64,000 nucleotides of DNA from Planctomycetota bacterium (GTDB taxonomy: Bacteria; Planctomycetota; UBA8108; SXIK01): contig OZ244999.1 of the NCBI GenBank assembly GCA_965223265.1, forward strand, positions 4,768,001-4,832,000, given 5' to 3'. Position numbers and translations under genes: made by a program. Below are positions 9,428 through 18,394 of this stretch, in pieces (the first letter of the stretch is position 1; each line of letters opens with the position of its first letter). The notes under the pieces were generated by a model. It did not search any database. It saw only the letters and a program-made list of their open reading frames with translations, and was not told the origin of the DNA.

Positions 9428-10437
9428 CGCGAATACCCCACCACCTCGCGGGCGGCGGCGGCGATGCGTTCGGCATTCGGGATGTAGAGATCCTCCAGGT
9501 CATCGCTGAAGGGAACTGGCGTGTGCGGTGGAGTGACCTTACGGATCGGCGCCCGGAGATTAGCAAAGGCTTTCTCGGCAACGAGCGACGAGATGTCGGC
9601 TGCCATGTTGCAGCGCGGTGACGCTTCGTCGACGACGACCAGGCGGCCCGTGTTTTCCACGCTCTCAAGCACCGTCTCCTCGTCGAGCGGCGCCGTCGTT
9701 CGTAGGTCGATGACCTCGCAGTCGATGCCTTCCTCGGCGAGCGTGTCAGCCGCTGCAGCAGCCATGTGGACCATGCGCCCGAGCGTGACGATGGTGAGGT
9801 CGCCGCCCTCGCGGACGATCTCCGCCTCACCGAACGGCACGGTGTAGCTCTCCTCGGGCACTTCGCCTTCGAGACTGTAGAGCAGCTTGTGTTCGAAGAA
9901 GATGACCGGATCGTTGTCGCGGATCGCTTCGATGAGGAGTCCTTTGGCGTCGTACGGCGTGGCCGGGATGACACACTTGAGGCCCGGGATGTGGGTGAAC
10001 ACCGGGTAGAGGCATTGGGAGTGTTGAGCGGCAGCACGGAACCCCGCCCCAATCATGGTGCGGATCACGACGGGCGTTTCAGCGCGGCCGCCAAACATGT
10101 AACGGAACTTCGCCGCCTGATTAAAAATCTGGTCGAAGCAGACGCCCATGAAGTCGACAAACATGAGCTCGGCCACGGGCCGAAGGCCGCAGGTCGCCGC
10201 GCCGACCGCCGCACCGATGAATGCCGACTCACTGATCGGCGTGTCCATGACGCGGTCGCCAAACTTGCCGTAGAGGCCTTTGGTCACTCCGAGCACACCG
10301 CCCCAGGCGTCCATCTCCCCTTCAGCGCCGTGGCCACCGGCGACGTCCTCTCCCATGACGACAACCGTGTCGTCATTCGCCATCTCCTGCGCCAGAGCTT
10401 CATTGATCGCTTGTTGAAACGTGATGGTTCGTGCCAT
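9424..10437 (-). CDS. acoB: Acetoin dehydrogenase E1 beta subunit
   Basis: Start MARTITFQQAINEAL at 10437. Motifs DTPISE, DQIFNQAAKFRYMFGG and AAAQHSQ. Confidence 0.92.
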   Translation of the reverse strand: MARTITFQQAINEALAQEMANDDTVVVMGEDVAGGHGAEGEMDAWGGVLGVTKGLYGKFGDRVMDTPISESAFIGAAVGAATCGLRPVAELMFVDFMGVCFDQIFNQAAKFRYMFGGRAETPVVIRTMIGAGFRAAAQHSQCLYPVFTHIPGLKCVIPATPYDAKGLLIEAIRDNDPVIFFEHKLLYSLEGEVPEESYTVPFGEAEIVREGGDLTIVTLGRMVHMAAAAADTLAEEGIDCEVIDLRTTAPLDEETVLESVENTGRLVVVDEASPRCNMAADISSLVAEKAFANLRAPIRKVTPPHTPVPFSDDLEDLYIPNAERIAAAAREVVGYSR

Positions 10438-10451
10438 CGGTTTCCCCCTTC

Positions 10452-11420
10452 TCAGTAGGAGACGTAGACGTCGGTGAGGAGATCGGCCGCGGTCGGCTTC
10501 GGGTCTGCCTTCGCTTTCTCTACGGCAGCATCGATCTGCGTTCTGACTTCGCCGTCGATCTTGTCCAGCTGCGCGGCGTCCACGAGCCCGGCGTCGGCGA
10601 CTTGCCGCGCGAAGTTGGTGATGCAGTCGCGAGTCTCTCGCAGCTTCTCGACTTCCTGCGGACCGCGGTAGGTCTGCGCGTCGCCTTCGAAGTGTCCGTA
10701 GTAGCGATTCACCTTGCACTCGATCAGCGTCGGCCCGCCGCCGTCGCGCGCCCTCGCGATGGCTTCCCCCGCGGTCTCGTAAACAGCGAAGAAGTCATGC
10801 CCGTCGATGGTCACTCCCGGCATGTTGAAGCCGCTGGCGCGATCGGAGACGTCGTCGCAGGCGACCGAATACTTGCAGGACGTCGCCTCAGCGTAACCGT
10901 TGTTCTCAACAACGAAGATGCACGGAAGATTCCATACCGCAGCGAGGTTGAGGCTCTCGAAGGTTGTGCCCTGATTGGAGCCACCGTCGCCGACGAATCC
11001 TACGGCTACGCCGTTGGTGCCCAGCTGTTTCGCCGCCAGCCCGGCGCCGCAGACCAGCGGCGGTCCGCCGCCGACGATCCCGTTCGCTCCCATCATCCCC
11101 TTGTCGAGGTCGGCGATGTGCATCGAGCCGCCCTTTCCGGCGCAGAGACCTGTCGATCGACCATAGATCTCCGCCATCATGAGGTCGACATCACATCCTT
11201 TGGCGATGCAGTGACCGTGGCCACGGTGCGTGCTGGCGATTCTGTCGCGGTCGCCCAAGTGAAGACAGACTCCCGTCGCGATCGCTTCTTCGCCGGCGTA
11301 GAGATGGACGAATCCAGGGATTTCGCCGGTCGCGAATTCGACGTGGAGTCGCTCTTCGAACTCACGGATCGTCCTCATGGTACGGTACGCCGTGAGTAAC
11401 TCATCTCGACTGAGTTCCAT
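10452..11420 (-). CDS. acoA: Acetoin dehydrogenase E1 alpha subunit (TPP-dependent)
   Basis: PGFVHLYAGEEA, STHRGHGH, GKGGSMH, GDGGSNQG and YYGHFEGD. ATG at 11420 lies right after the acoX stop. Confidence 0.92.
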   Translation of the reverse strand: MELSRDELLTAYRTMRTIREFEERLHVEFATGEIPGFVHLYAGEEAIATGVCLHLGDRDRIASTHRGHGHCIAKGCDVDLMMAEIYGRSTGLCAGKGGSMHIADLDKGMMGANGIVGGGPPLVCGAGLAAKQLGTNGVAVGFVGDGGSNQGTTFESLNLAAVWNLPCIFVVENNGYAEATSCKYSVACDDVSDRASGFNMPGVTIDGHDFFAVYETAGEAIARARDGGGPTLIECKVNRYYGHFEGDAQTYRGPQEVEKLRETRDCITNFARQVADAGLVDAAQLDKIDGEVRTQIDAAVEKAKADPKPTAADLLTDVYVSY

Positions 11421-11421
11421 G

Positions 11422-12495
11422 CTAAGCCCTTTCGGTTCGTGCTTTTGGTTGGCGGCCGTCTCGCTGCTCGCTAACTGCCAGGAGACCATCCTTTGCGGCG
11501 ATCATCATCACCTGCGCGACATCGATCGTGAGAGGTCCGTCGCGCGTCACCCGAATCGATACTTGATCGTTCTCGGTGAATTCTATCTCCCTCTCGCCGT
11601 CAAGCGCAATCACACCGCGAGTGGCTTCAACTCGTCGGGGCTCGTCGAGCGCGAGCTGATCGACCCGTCCAACGCCGAACGTCCGGACGAGTCCGGGGGC
11701 GAGCGGCGCGTGAATGATCCGGGTCGCTTCGGCGGGAGAGAGGAGCTGAACGTACACTCCACCCGGGGTGGCACGCGAGAGCGGACGGAGAAGCCCCGCG
11801 ATCGACGAGAGCCCTACCGCGTCCGGCTCGGCGAAGGCGGCGAAGATCTCTCGGATACTCTCCGCGCGCCACAGTGCACGCGACCCGGTCCAGAGTTCGT
11901 CGGAGATCGCAACGTCGACAAGCGCCAGATCACTCGGTGCGCCGTTGACGTCGATGCGAAGCACCTTGCTGCGATGCGTCGCGTCACTCGTCGGCACTCG
12001 TCCAGTCGCAACCAGCCCGGTCGCCAGCCCGGCGACCGTGGCTTCTCGCATTGCCGGAAACACGTTGTTGGTGCCCGTGGAAAGAGCCATGAGTGGGATC
12101 TCCCCGCACGCTTTCGCCACCAGTCGATGGGTGCCGTCGCCACCGAGGACGACGATCGCTTGAACCTCCGCCGCCACCATCGCAGTCGTCGCGCGTACGG
12201 TGTCCATGGGCCCAGACTCGATTTCCATATCAATGAGTTCGACTCGCGGCCATGCAGGATCGTCCGACCGGCGGGAACTGAGCGCCCGGTCGACGCGAGC
12301 GGTGAGGCCGTCGGCGTCCGGCATGATGAGGACTCGCTCGACGCCGGTGATCGCCAGCGCCGAGAGTAGCCGGCCGATCATGCTGCACTTCTCGGCGATC
12401 GGAAAGACCGATGCCCGCGCGACCAATCGACGGATGTCGCGACCGGAAGCCGGGTTCGCCACAATGCCGACGGTGACTGGCGCACCCCGTTTCAT
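11422..12495 (-). CDS. acoX: Acetoin catabolism protein X (NAD kinase-like)
   Basis: ANPASGRDIRRL, LGGDGTHR, STGTNNVFP and ALDGERE. First gene of the aco cluster. Confidence 0.88.
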   Translation of the reverse strand: MKRGAPVTVGIVANPASGRDIRRLVARASVFPIAEKCSMIGRLLSALAITGVERVLIMPDADGLTARVDRALSSRRSDDPAWPRVELIDMEIESGPMDTVRATTAMVAAEVQAIVVLGGDGTHRLVAKACGEIPLMALSTGTNNVFPAMREATVAGLATGLVATGRVPTSDATHRSKVLRIDVNGAPSDLALVDVAISDELWTGSRALWRAESIREIFAAFAEPDAVGLSSIAGLLRPLSRATPGGVYVQLLSPAEATRIIHAPLAPGLVRTFGVGRVDQLALDEPRRVEATRGVIALDGEREIEFTENDQVSIRVTRDGPLTIDVAQVMMIAAKDGLLAVSEQRDGRQPKARTERA

Positions 12496-12785
12496 GGCGC
12501 GACTCGCGCCTCATGAGGCGTCATGACGATGTATCGATGCGGATTCATGGCTTGAAGTGTAAGCTCAAGGTTCCTTTAGGTCGACGCTTCGGCCTCAGTA
12601 TCCTGAGCGCTCGGGGTCCGGGAAGAAAACGCAGAAGAGTCGGTTTTCGCCTGCAATGAAGCCACAGGAATCTACTGTCACGGGCGACTTGTTGACCTCA
12701 TGACGTCAACCTTGATCGCCAGCTCTTCTGTCCGAGATTTCATCTAACAAACTCGCTGCTCGCACGTCATCTTGGCAGTAGTAGG

Positions 12786-14003
12786 ATGACATCGACCATG
12801 CCTCACAGCACGATCTCCGCGACTTTTCACCTCACTCACAACTGTAACTTGCGGTGCGCGTACTGCTACACGGGGGAAAAGTTCGGCGCTGGCATGTCGG
12901 GTGAGACCGCCGGACACGCCGTCGACTTCTCGCTCGCCGAGGCGAGGCGGCAGTCAGCTGACCACCTGGAGGTCGTCTTCTTCGGGGGGGAGCCTCTCCT
13001 GCGGCGCGATCTCCTGTATTGGGTCGTCGACCAAGTTCGCGCACGAGCGGGTGACGATCTCGATGTGTCGTTCAAGATGAGCACGAACGGCATCCTCCTG
13101 AACGAACGCACCGTTAGCGAGTTGGCACGACGCGAGGTCTACGTTTCGATCAGCCTCGACGGCGACCCGGCAGCGCACGACGCACAGCGACCCGACGCGA
13201 ACGGGAACGGCACGGCCGCGCGACTGACCGAGGTCATCCCACGGCTCCTGGCGTGGAACCCGTGCGCCGCTGTGAACTGCGTCGTTACGCCGCATTCGGC
13301 CGCACACCTCGACCGATCTGTTGCCTGGCTGTTCGAGCACGGCTTTCGCTACGTCTCGACTGCTATCGACTACTCCGGCAAGTGGACCCGCCGCTCCTTT
13401 CGCGCGCTCAGAAAAGCATATCGTCGCCTCGGGGACTGGTACATCGACCGGACGCTCGCGGGCCATAAGTTCTACCTCAGCTGTTTCGATGAGCGCATCC
13501 GTACGCGCACCCGCGGCCCACTCGAGCGCTCAGAGCGCTGCTCGATCGGCTTGCGCCAGTTCTCGATCGCCCCCTCAGGCCGCATCTACCCCTGCGTTCA
13601 ATTCGTTCGAGAGGACGACGACGACGAGTTCGTCATCGGCGATGTCGTGAACGGATTCAGCGAGCGTCGCCGACACGCGGTCAACAGGTCTTCCGAAGGC
13701 GAGCGCGCCGAATGCAGTGGCTGCGTCCTCATCGAGCGTTGCTCGAGCTGGTGCGCCTGCGTCAACTGGCAGTCGACCGGGAGCCTCGATCGCGCCAGTC
13801 CAATGGTCTGCGAGCACGACCGCATGCTGATGCCGATCGCCGACCGCGTCGCCAACTCGCTCTGGAAACGACGCAGCTCCCTCTTCATTCACAAACAGTA
13901 CAACCCAGCGTTCCCTGTTCTCGATTTCCTCGAAGACGTCGTCGTCCGAGAGCTCGACACCGCCGAGGTCGACGCCAGCGACAACATCTCGGAAAACTTC
14001 TAG
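12786..14003 (+). CDS. Radical SAM/SPASM domain protein (anSME-like maturase)
   Basis: CNLRCAYC, FFGGEPLL, STNG and ISLDG, plus SPASM cysteines CSIG..G.IYPC and CSGC.....CSSWCAC...CEH. Confidence 0.92.
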   Translation: MTSTMPHSTISATFHLTHNCNLRCAYCYTGEKFGAGMSGETAGHAVDFSLAEARRQSADHLEVVFFGGEPLLRRDLLYWVVDQVRARAGDDLDVSFKMSTNGILLNERTVSELARREVYVSISLDGDPAAHDAQRPDANGNGTAARLTEVIPRLLAWNPCAAVNCVVTPHSAAHLDRSVAWLFEHGFRYVSTAIDYSGKWTRRSFRALRKAYRRLGDWYIDRTLAGHKFYLSCFDERIRTRTRGPLERSERCSIGLRQFSIAPSGRIYPCVQFVREDDDDEFVIGDVVNGFSERRRHAVNRSSEGERAECSGCVLIERCSSWCACVNWQSTGSLDRASPMVCEHDRMLMPIADRVANSLWKRRSSLFIHKQYNPAFPVLDFLEDVVVRELDTAEVDASDNISENF

Positions 14004-14014
14004 GAGAACCCGCG

Positions 14015-14953
14015 ATGAGAGATCGCCCTTTCGAAGTCAAACCCGTCCGGAGCTACGGGGTGGCCAAGTACCCCTCGGACGAGGATCCGGATCCGTGCTC
14101 GTACCCGGCCCCCGTGCCTTTCCCCTTCAGTCGTGCTTTCATCTCCGCACTCACCGGGTTCGGTATCGCCGCGGGCGGCGCTGTGCTGGCCGCTGAGGAT
14201 TCCAAGGACGCCACCGCGTCAAAGAGCCCTGAATCGCCGAACCCGTTCGCTGTAAAATACAGCGGCCTCCCGCATCGCACCTCGCCCTACGGCACTGGGC
14301 AGCCGTGCTATGTCCAGGAAGACCTCGCTCGCAAGGTCATCGAACGGGTCTTCCGTGAAGAAGGCATTCGGTTGGTGAAGAATCAGCGTCTGCGCGACGA
14401 GGAAGTCGAATTCGTAACCGACGGGTACGACTCCCTGACCGGCATCGGGTACGTCTTCGCGGACGCCTCTAACCTCGACGACGACGCCTACATTTCGTGG
14501 ATGGCGAGGTCCCCCACGGAACAGAGCGCGAAGGCCCTCCGCACGGCGCTTCGATTAGAAAAGCACCGGGCGGAGAAACATCTCGCCAAGGAGATCGACG
14601 CGGCGCTGGCCCTTGAGGACGACGCCGCGTTCCTCACAGCCTGCAAGCGGGTCCGTCACCTCCTCAAGCGCAGCAAGCTATCCCTGTCGGAGGCGAAGAA
14701 ACTGGAAGAGCGCGCCGAGGAAGGCGAACAGTTCGTCGCGGTCATCAGTCGTTTCGACAGACGCTACGCGACGTCGTGCCTCCCCAGCGCCCTTCAGCGT
14801 CAAAAGCTGAAGGCGATCGTTGAGATTTCGGACGAGAAAGAGCGTGCCGCGGCGCTGAACAAGTTTCGTGAGGCGGCGGCGAGAGACTCGCTCGAGCGAC
14901 TGGAGCGTCACGTCAAGGAGTACATCCGTTGGGCGCGCTCGCAGGGGATGTGA
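14015..14953 (+). CDS. Radical SAM-associated exported hypothetical protein (putative modification substrate)
   Basis: The AGGAGA SD overlaps the rSAM stop, with ATG at 14015. N-terminal KPVRSYGVAKYP is followed by hydrophobic FISALTGFGIAAGGAVLA-AED. Confidence 0.75.
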   Translation: MRDRPFEVKPVRSYGVAKYPSDEDPDPCSYPAPVPFPFSRAFISALTGFGIAAGGAVLAAEDSKDATASKSPESPNPFAVKYSGLPHRTSPYGTGQPCYVQEDLARKVIERVFREEGIRLVKNQRLRDEEVEFVTDGYDSLTGIGYVFADASNLDDDAYISWMARSPTEQSAKALRTALRLEKHRAEKHLAKEIDAALALEDDAAFLTACKRVRHLLKRSKLSLSEAKKLEERAEEGEQFVAVISRFDRRYATSCLPSALQRQKLKAIVEISDEKERAAALNKFREAAARDSLERLERHVKEYIRWARSQGM

Positions 14954-15187
14954 GCGCAGCCGATCGGCCTGGTGACACTCCGGGGTAGAAATCCGCGCCT
15001 CGCTCAACCAAGAGCTTGACCAAATCGATTGACCGCCGAGAGTTCTACAATCGACTCTTCGGGACGACTGATTCGCCGTGATCCGCGCGGATACGGCACG
15101 TACTCCTCGGCATGCTGCATGAGCTCTGCACTCCGGATTGCGTTTGGTACCAACGTTCTTACCGTTACGCAGCAGCACGAGCGAGCC

Positions 15188-16354
15188 TCAGGAGAACACC
15201 CAACCGCGGTCGCGCCTTAGTTTTTCGACTTCTTCATTCGAGAGAAAGAGGACGTAGCGGCTGTGGAACGCGCCTTCCTCTCCCGGGCTTCCGCGAGTGT
15301 CGACCAACACAAACTGGCTGTCGCTTCTTGCTCCAAAGCTCTCGTTGATCGCCGGCAGACATTCGAGCACGACGTCGTCGTCCTGCACCAACTGCAGTGG
15401 CTCGCAGCGCTTATCCGCCACGACGAACGAGAACACCCCTCCCGTGCCTTCCGGTTCTTCACGCAATTCTCTTGGATCAAAGGCGCCTCTCGAAACCTTC
15501 GCCAGCGTCCTCAAAAACAGCTCGGCACGCTCTTGAGGCGAGCCCTCCTGCCACTCCTCGTCATCGCCGACACAGAGGCGATACTCCCACCAAACGCGAT
15601 GCGGACTCAAGATCGACAACAATGTCAAGTCGACCATCTCTGAAGCTTGCGGCAGAAGATCGAGCACCTCCATGCTGAAGACATCCTCCAGCTCGTCGTA
15701 GTCATCGACAACGACCAGAACACCCTGGAAGGCCTCAAAGAGATCCTCGTCGTACTCAAGAGTCATTGCCGTCAGCTTCGCGTCGGTGACACCCACCGCC
15801 GCTTCGAGCAAGCCGAACGCTCGAAAGTACTGCACAAATTCGGCAACGAGGGTGTGTAACCGTTCACGTTGACCCTGCCGCTCCTTCGCCAACTGCGCGG
15901 GCGACGGACGGTTGACGTAGTTCCACTTCTGATAGAAACGGTCGTGCACGCACATCGTCAGTAGATTCGGGTCAATACGTTTCAACTTTCGATCAAAAGT
16001 GAGCGCGGCGAAGTGCGCCATCAACTCGCTGACCGCCGCTCCGGCGAAACGCTCTGTCCTTCCCGCCTCCTCCCACTCCACCTCGGCAACACAATTGCTC
16101 ACGACGATTTCTTTGCCTTTGAGAACTCCCCCGGAGATCTCGCACCATACGGCGCACCTCGCGCTCTCAAAGATCACCGCGAACAACTCGTGATCCTTGT
16201 GCAAGAACCCCTGTCCTTGGATTCCCAAAGACGGTAATGAAAAGCACTCGGTCGTTGCCTCGAAGTCGATCTCTCTCAGGTGCCGCGTCACAGTCGCAAC
16301 CGCCCCGGAATCTGACCACGAAAGGCTGCCTGCAGGGTCGACTGGATTCTTCAT
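15188..16354 (-). CDS. Hypothetical acidic protein
   Basis: 388-aa ORF with globular, Glu-rich composition. No family motif recognised. Confidence 0.65.
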   Translation of the reverse strand: MKNPVDPAGSLSWSDSGAVATVTRHLREIDFEATTECFSLPSLGIQGQGFLHKDHELFAVIFESARCAVWCEISGGVLKGKEIVVSNCVAEVEWEEAGRTERFAGAAVSELMAHFAALTFDRKLKRIDPNLLTMCVHDRFYQKWNYVNRPSPAQLAKERQGQRERLHTLVAEFVQYFRAFGLLEAAVGVTDAKLTAMTLEYDEDLFEAFQGVLVVVDDYDELEDVFSMEVLDLLPQASEMVDLTLLSILSPHRVWWEYRLCVGDDEEWQEGSPQERAELFLRTLAKVSRGAFDPRELREEPEGTGGVFSFVVADKRCEPLQLVQDDDVVLECLPAINESFGARSDSQFVLVDTRGSPGEEGAFHSRYVLFLSNEEVEKLRRDRGWVFS

Positions 16355-16779
16355 GCTTTGTGCACCATGCGCCGCTAGCGATGAACTCGTTCGATGTCTT
16401 GATCGACAGCGAACACACTCCGCCGGCTACGTTTACCGACTCTCGACTCGCGCAGACGGTCATCGGCCGCAGGCCGCCGAACGCGGTGACGGTGGACGGC
16501 CACAACGTGAACGCCGTCGAAACTTGCGCGAAATCTCCCGGGTGCGCAGCACTCACCTGCGCAGGAGTCTTCGTCGACTGACCGGCGAGGTGCGCCAACC
16601 GATTCAAAAACCCACCGCGCTTGAATGGAAACCAGGTGAAACTCTGAGGCTGACTGTAATGCGCTGTTTGCCAGTAGTTGACGCTGCGTTCTTGCGCTAC
16701 TACCATCATTCCGTGGTCTATCACTCCCGCGAGGCCGCGAGGACTCCACGGCGATCTTGACTTTCTGATCGGGCGCAGA

Positions 16780-17730
16780 ATGGAAGACTCCAAATTCGTA
16801 CTCGCCGCTGTCTGCTCCTCGCTCGAAGAGGCTACCGCTGCGGGAATCACTCTCGAAGAGGCTCGGATCCCCGTTTTGGTAGATCCCAACGACGCGTCAG
16901 GAGCCTTCCCCAATCTTCAAGAGGTCAAAGGTATCCATCTACTGGTTCCTGAAGACCAGCTTGGCGCCGCTCGTGAGCTTCTTGATGAACGAGTACCTCT
17001 CGACGAGCTCGTTGAAGAGGACGCTGATGAGCTCTCAAGAGCAGAGGCCACAGTCTTTGGCTCGGAGAAACCCTCTCGCAGTTTCCTCCCGAGAGTGTGC
17101 GACGTGCTCCTCCTCGTCACGATCGGATTCTTGCTTGGCTTTCTCTGCACGCACTATGGACTCCTCGAAGGATTTTCCTCTTGGCTCCCGACCGACAGTC
17201 GCTCTCGCTTGGCTCAAGACGCTAACGGGGACGGAAAAGCGGACAATTGGTTAACCTTCGCGCCGAATGGGGACATGCTACGATTCGAATCCGATCAGAA
17301 CTTCGATGGATCACCAGATGCATGGTACGTCTACAAGTCGGGGATTCCGGTTCGTTCGCGACTGGATAGAGACTTTGACGGGGTACCAGATGCGTGGTAC
17401 GTCTACGAGTCAGGGATTCCGATTCGCTCAAAGCTCGACAGAGACTTCGACGGGTCAGAGGATACGTGGGAAATCTACGAGTCCGGAATTCTGATGCTCT
17501 CGAAGATCGACATCGACGGCGACGAAACGCCTGACGTCTACGAACACTATGAGCACGGCGTGGTTTCCGAGGTGGAATGGAGACCCACGGGCAACGAACC
17601 TGTCAGACGCGAAGTCTATTCCAACGGCGTGCTCCAGGAAGTCTATGTGCGCACCCCTTCGGGTATGAAGCTCTCCGAAAGACTCGATCGATCTGGTGCG
17701 CCCTTGCCGCTCACCGACCTGGGACAATGA
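16780..17730 (+). CDS. Membrane protein with 22-aa D-x-D-F-D-G-x-x-D-x-W repeats
   Basis: N-terminal DUF2007-like segment (L.VPE......ARELL), one TM helix and about 5 acidic repeats. ATG at 16780 is the preferred start. Confidence 0.75.
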   Translation: MEDSKFVLAAVCSSLEEATAAGITLEEARIPVLVDPNDASGAFPNLQEVKGIHLLVPEDQLGAARELLDERVPLDELVEEDADELSRAEATVFGSEKPSRSFLPRVCDVLLLVTIGFLLGFLCTHYGLLEGFSSWLPTDSRSRLAQDANGDGKADNWLTFAPNGDMLRFESDQNFDGSPDAWYVYKSGIPVRSRLDRDFDGVPDAWYVYESGIPIRSKLDRDFDGSEDTWEIYESGILMLSKIDIDGDETPDVYEHYEHGVVSEVEWRPTGNEPVRREVYSNGVLQEVYVRTPSGMKLSERLDRSGAPLPLTDLGQ

Positions 17731-17960
17731 AGGGAAAGTGCAACGGACGTGCGAGTTTCACTCTTCGCCGTTCTCGCTCGCGACCCTTTTCTCTGCGACA
17801 CGTCGGAATTAGACTGTCTTAGGGACGCGGCGCCGCCCAGGGAGCCTCAAAGTAGATTCACCGCGGGCGCCGGTCCAGTGGACGAGCCCCGTTTGGCCCC
17901 GAGACGGCGGACAGGTCGGTGATTCAGGCGCCAAGCACACCACCCGAGCGGAGCCCTGGA

Positions 17961-18371
17961 ATGCACATAGACGTGGCGAAGTTGTCTGCAGTGATTGCTG
18001 GTTTCGCGGTCGCAGTGACGTCGCTCGTAGTTGCTGCTCTCGTCACGCGAATCATCTATCGATTTTGCCTCAACCGGGAACATCGGGGCGCTTACGGTCC
18101 GGAGTATCTCGTCGCGTGCACGATTTTCGTGCTGCCGGGTGTGACCACGATGCTGCGCCCCGGGAGTCTTCTTTATTCCATCTTTTACTTTGTCGATGCT
18201 GTTCCAGGCATTCAGTCCGGTGTTGACGGCTTCACCGGTACGCTCGCTGTGATCATGGGCCACATGGTGTGGGGATCTCTCACCGGCTGGATCATCGTCG
18301 CATGCATCGAGCTGGTACGGCGACAGCGTCGGCAAATGGCGCCAAGATCATCGACACCCACCGACACGTAG
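17961..18371 (+). CDS. Hypothetical multi-pass membrane protein
   Basis: Three to four hydrophobic segments including GHMVWGSLTG. Start is uncertain. Confidence 0.55.
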   Translation: MHIDVAKLSAVIAGFAVAVTSLVVAALVTRIIYRFCLNREHRGAYGPEYLVACTIFVLPGVTTMLRPGSLLYSIFYFVDAVPGIQSGVDGFTGTLAVIMGHMVWGSLTGWIIVACIELVRRQRRQMAPRSSTPTDT

Positions 18372-18394
18372 AACGATCAAGTTTTTTCACCCTT

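Noticed and set aside
8294-12495. aco cluster without acoR or an E3 gene
   Set aside because: acoXABC with a lipoyl-hydrolase AcoC and no local E3 is a known arrangement, and no convincing sigma54 site was seen upstream.
13712-14014. N-terminal extension of ORF 13712..14953
   Set aside because: It overlaps the rSAM gene out of frame, and the SD plus ATG at 14015 gives the credible start.
17290-17500. Periodic DNA repeats that might be a CRISPR array
   Set aside because: They are in-frame 66-bp coding repeats with no unique spacers, and no cas genes are present.
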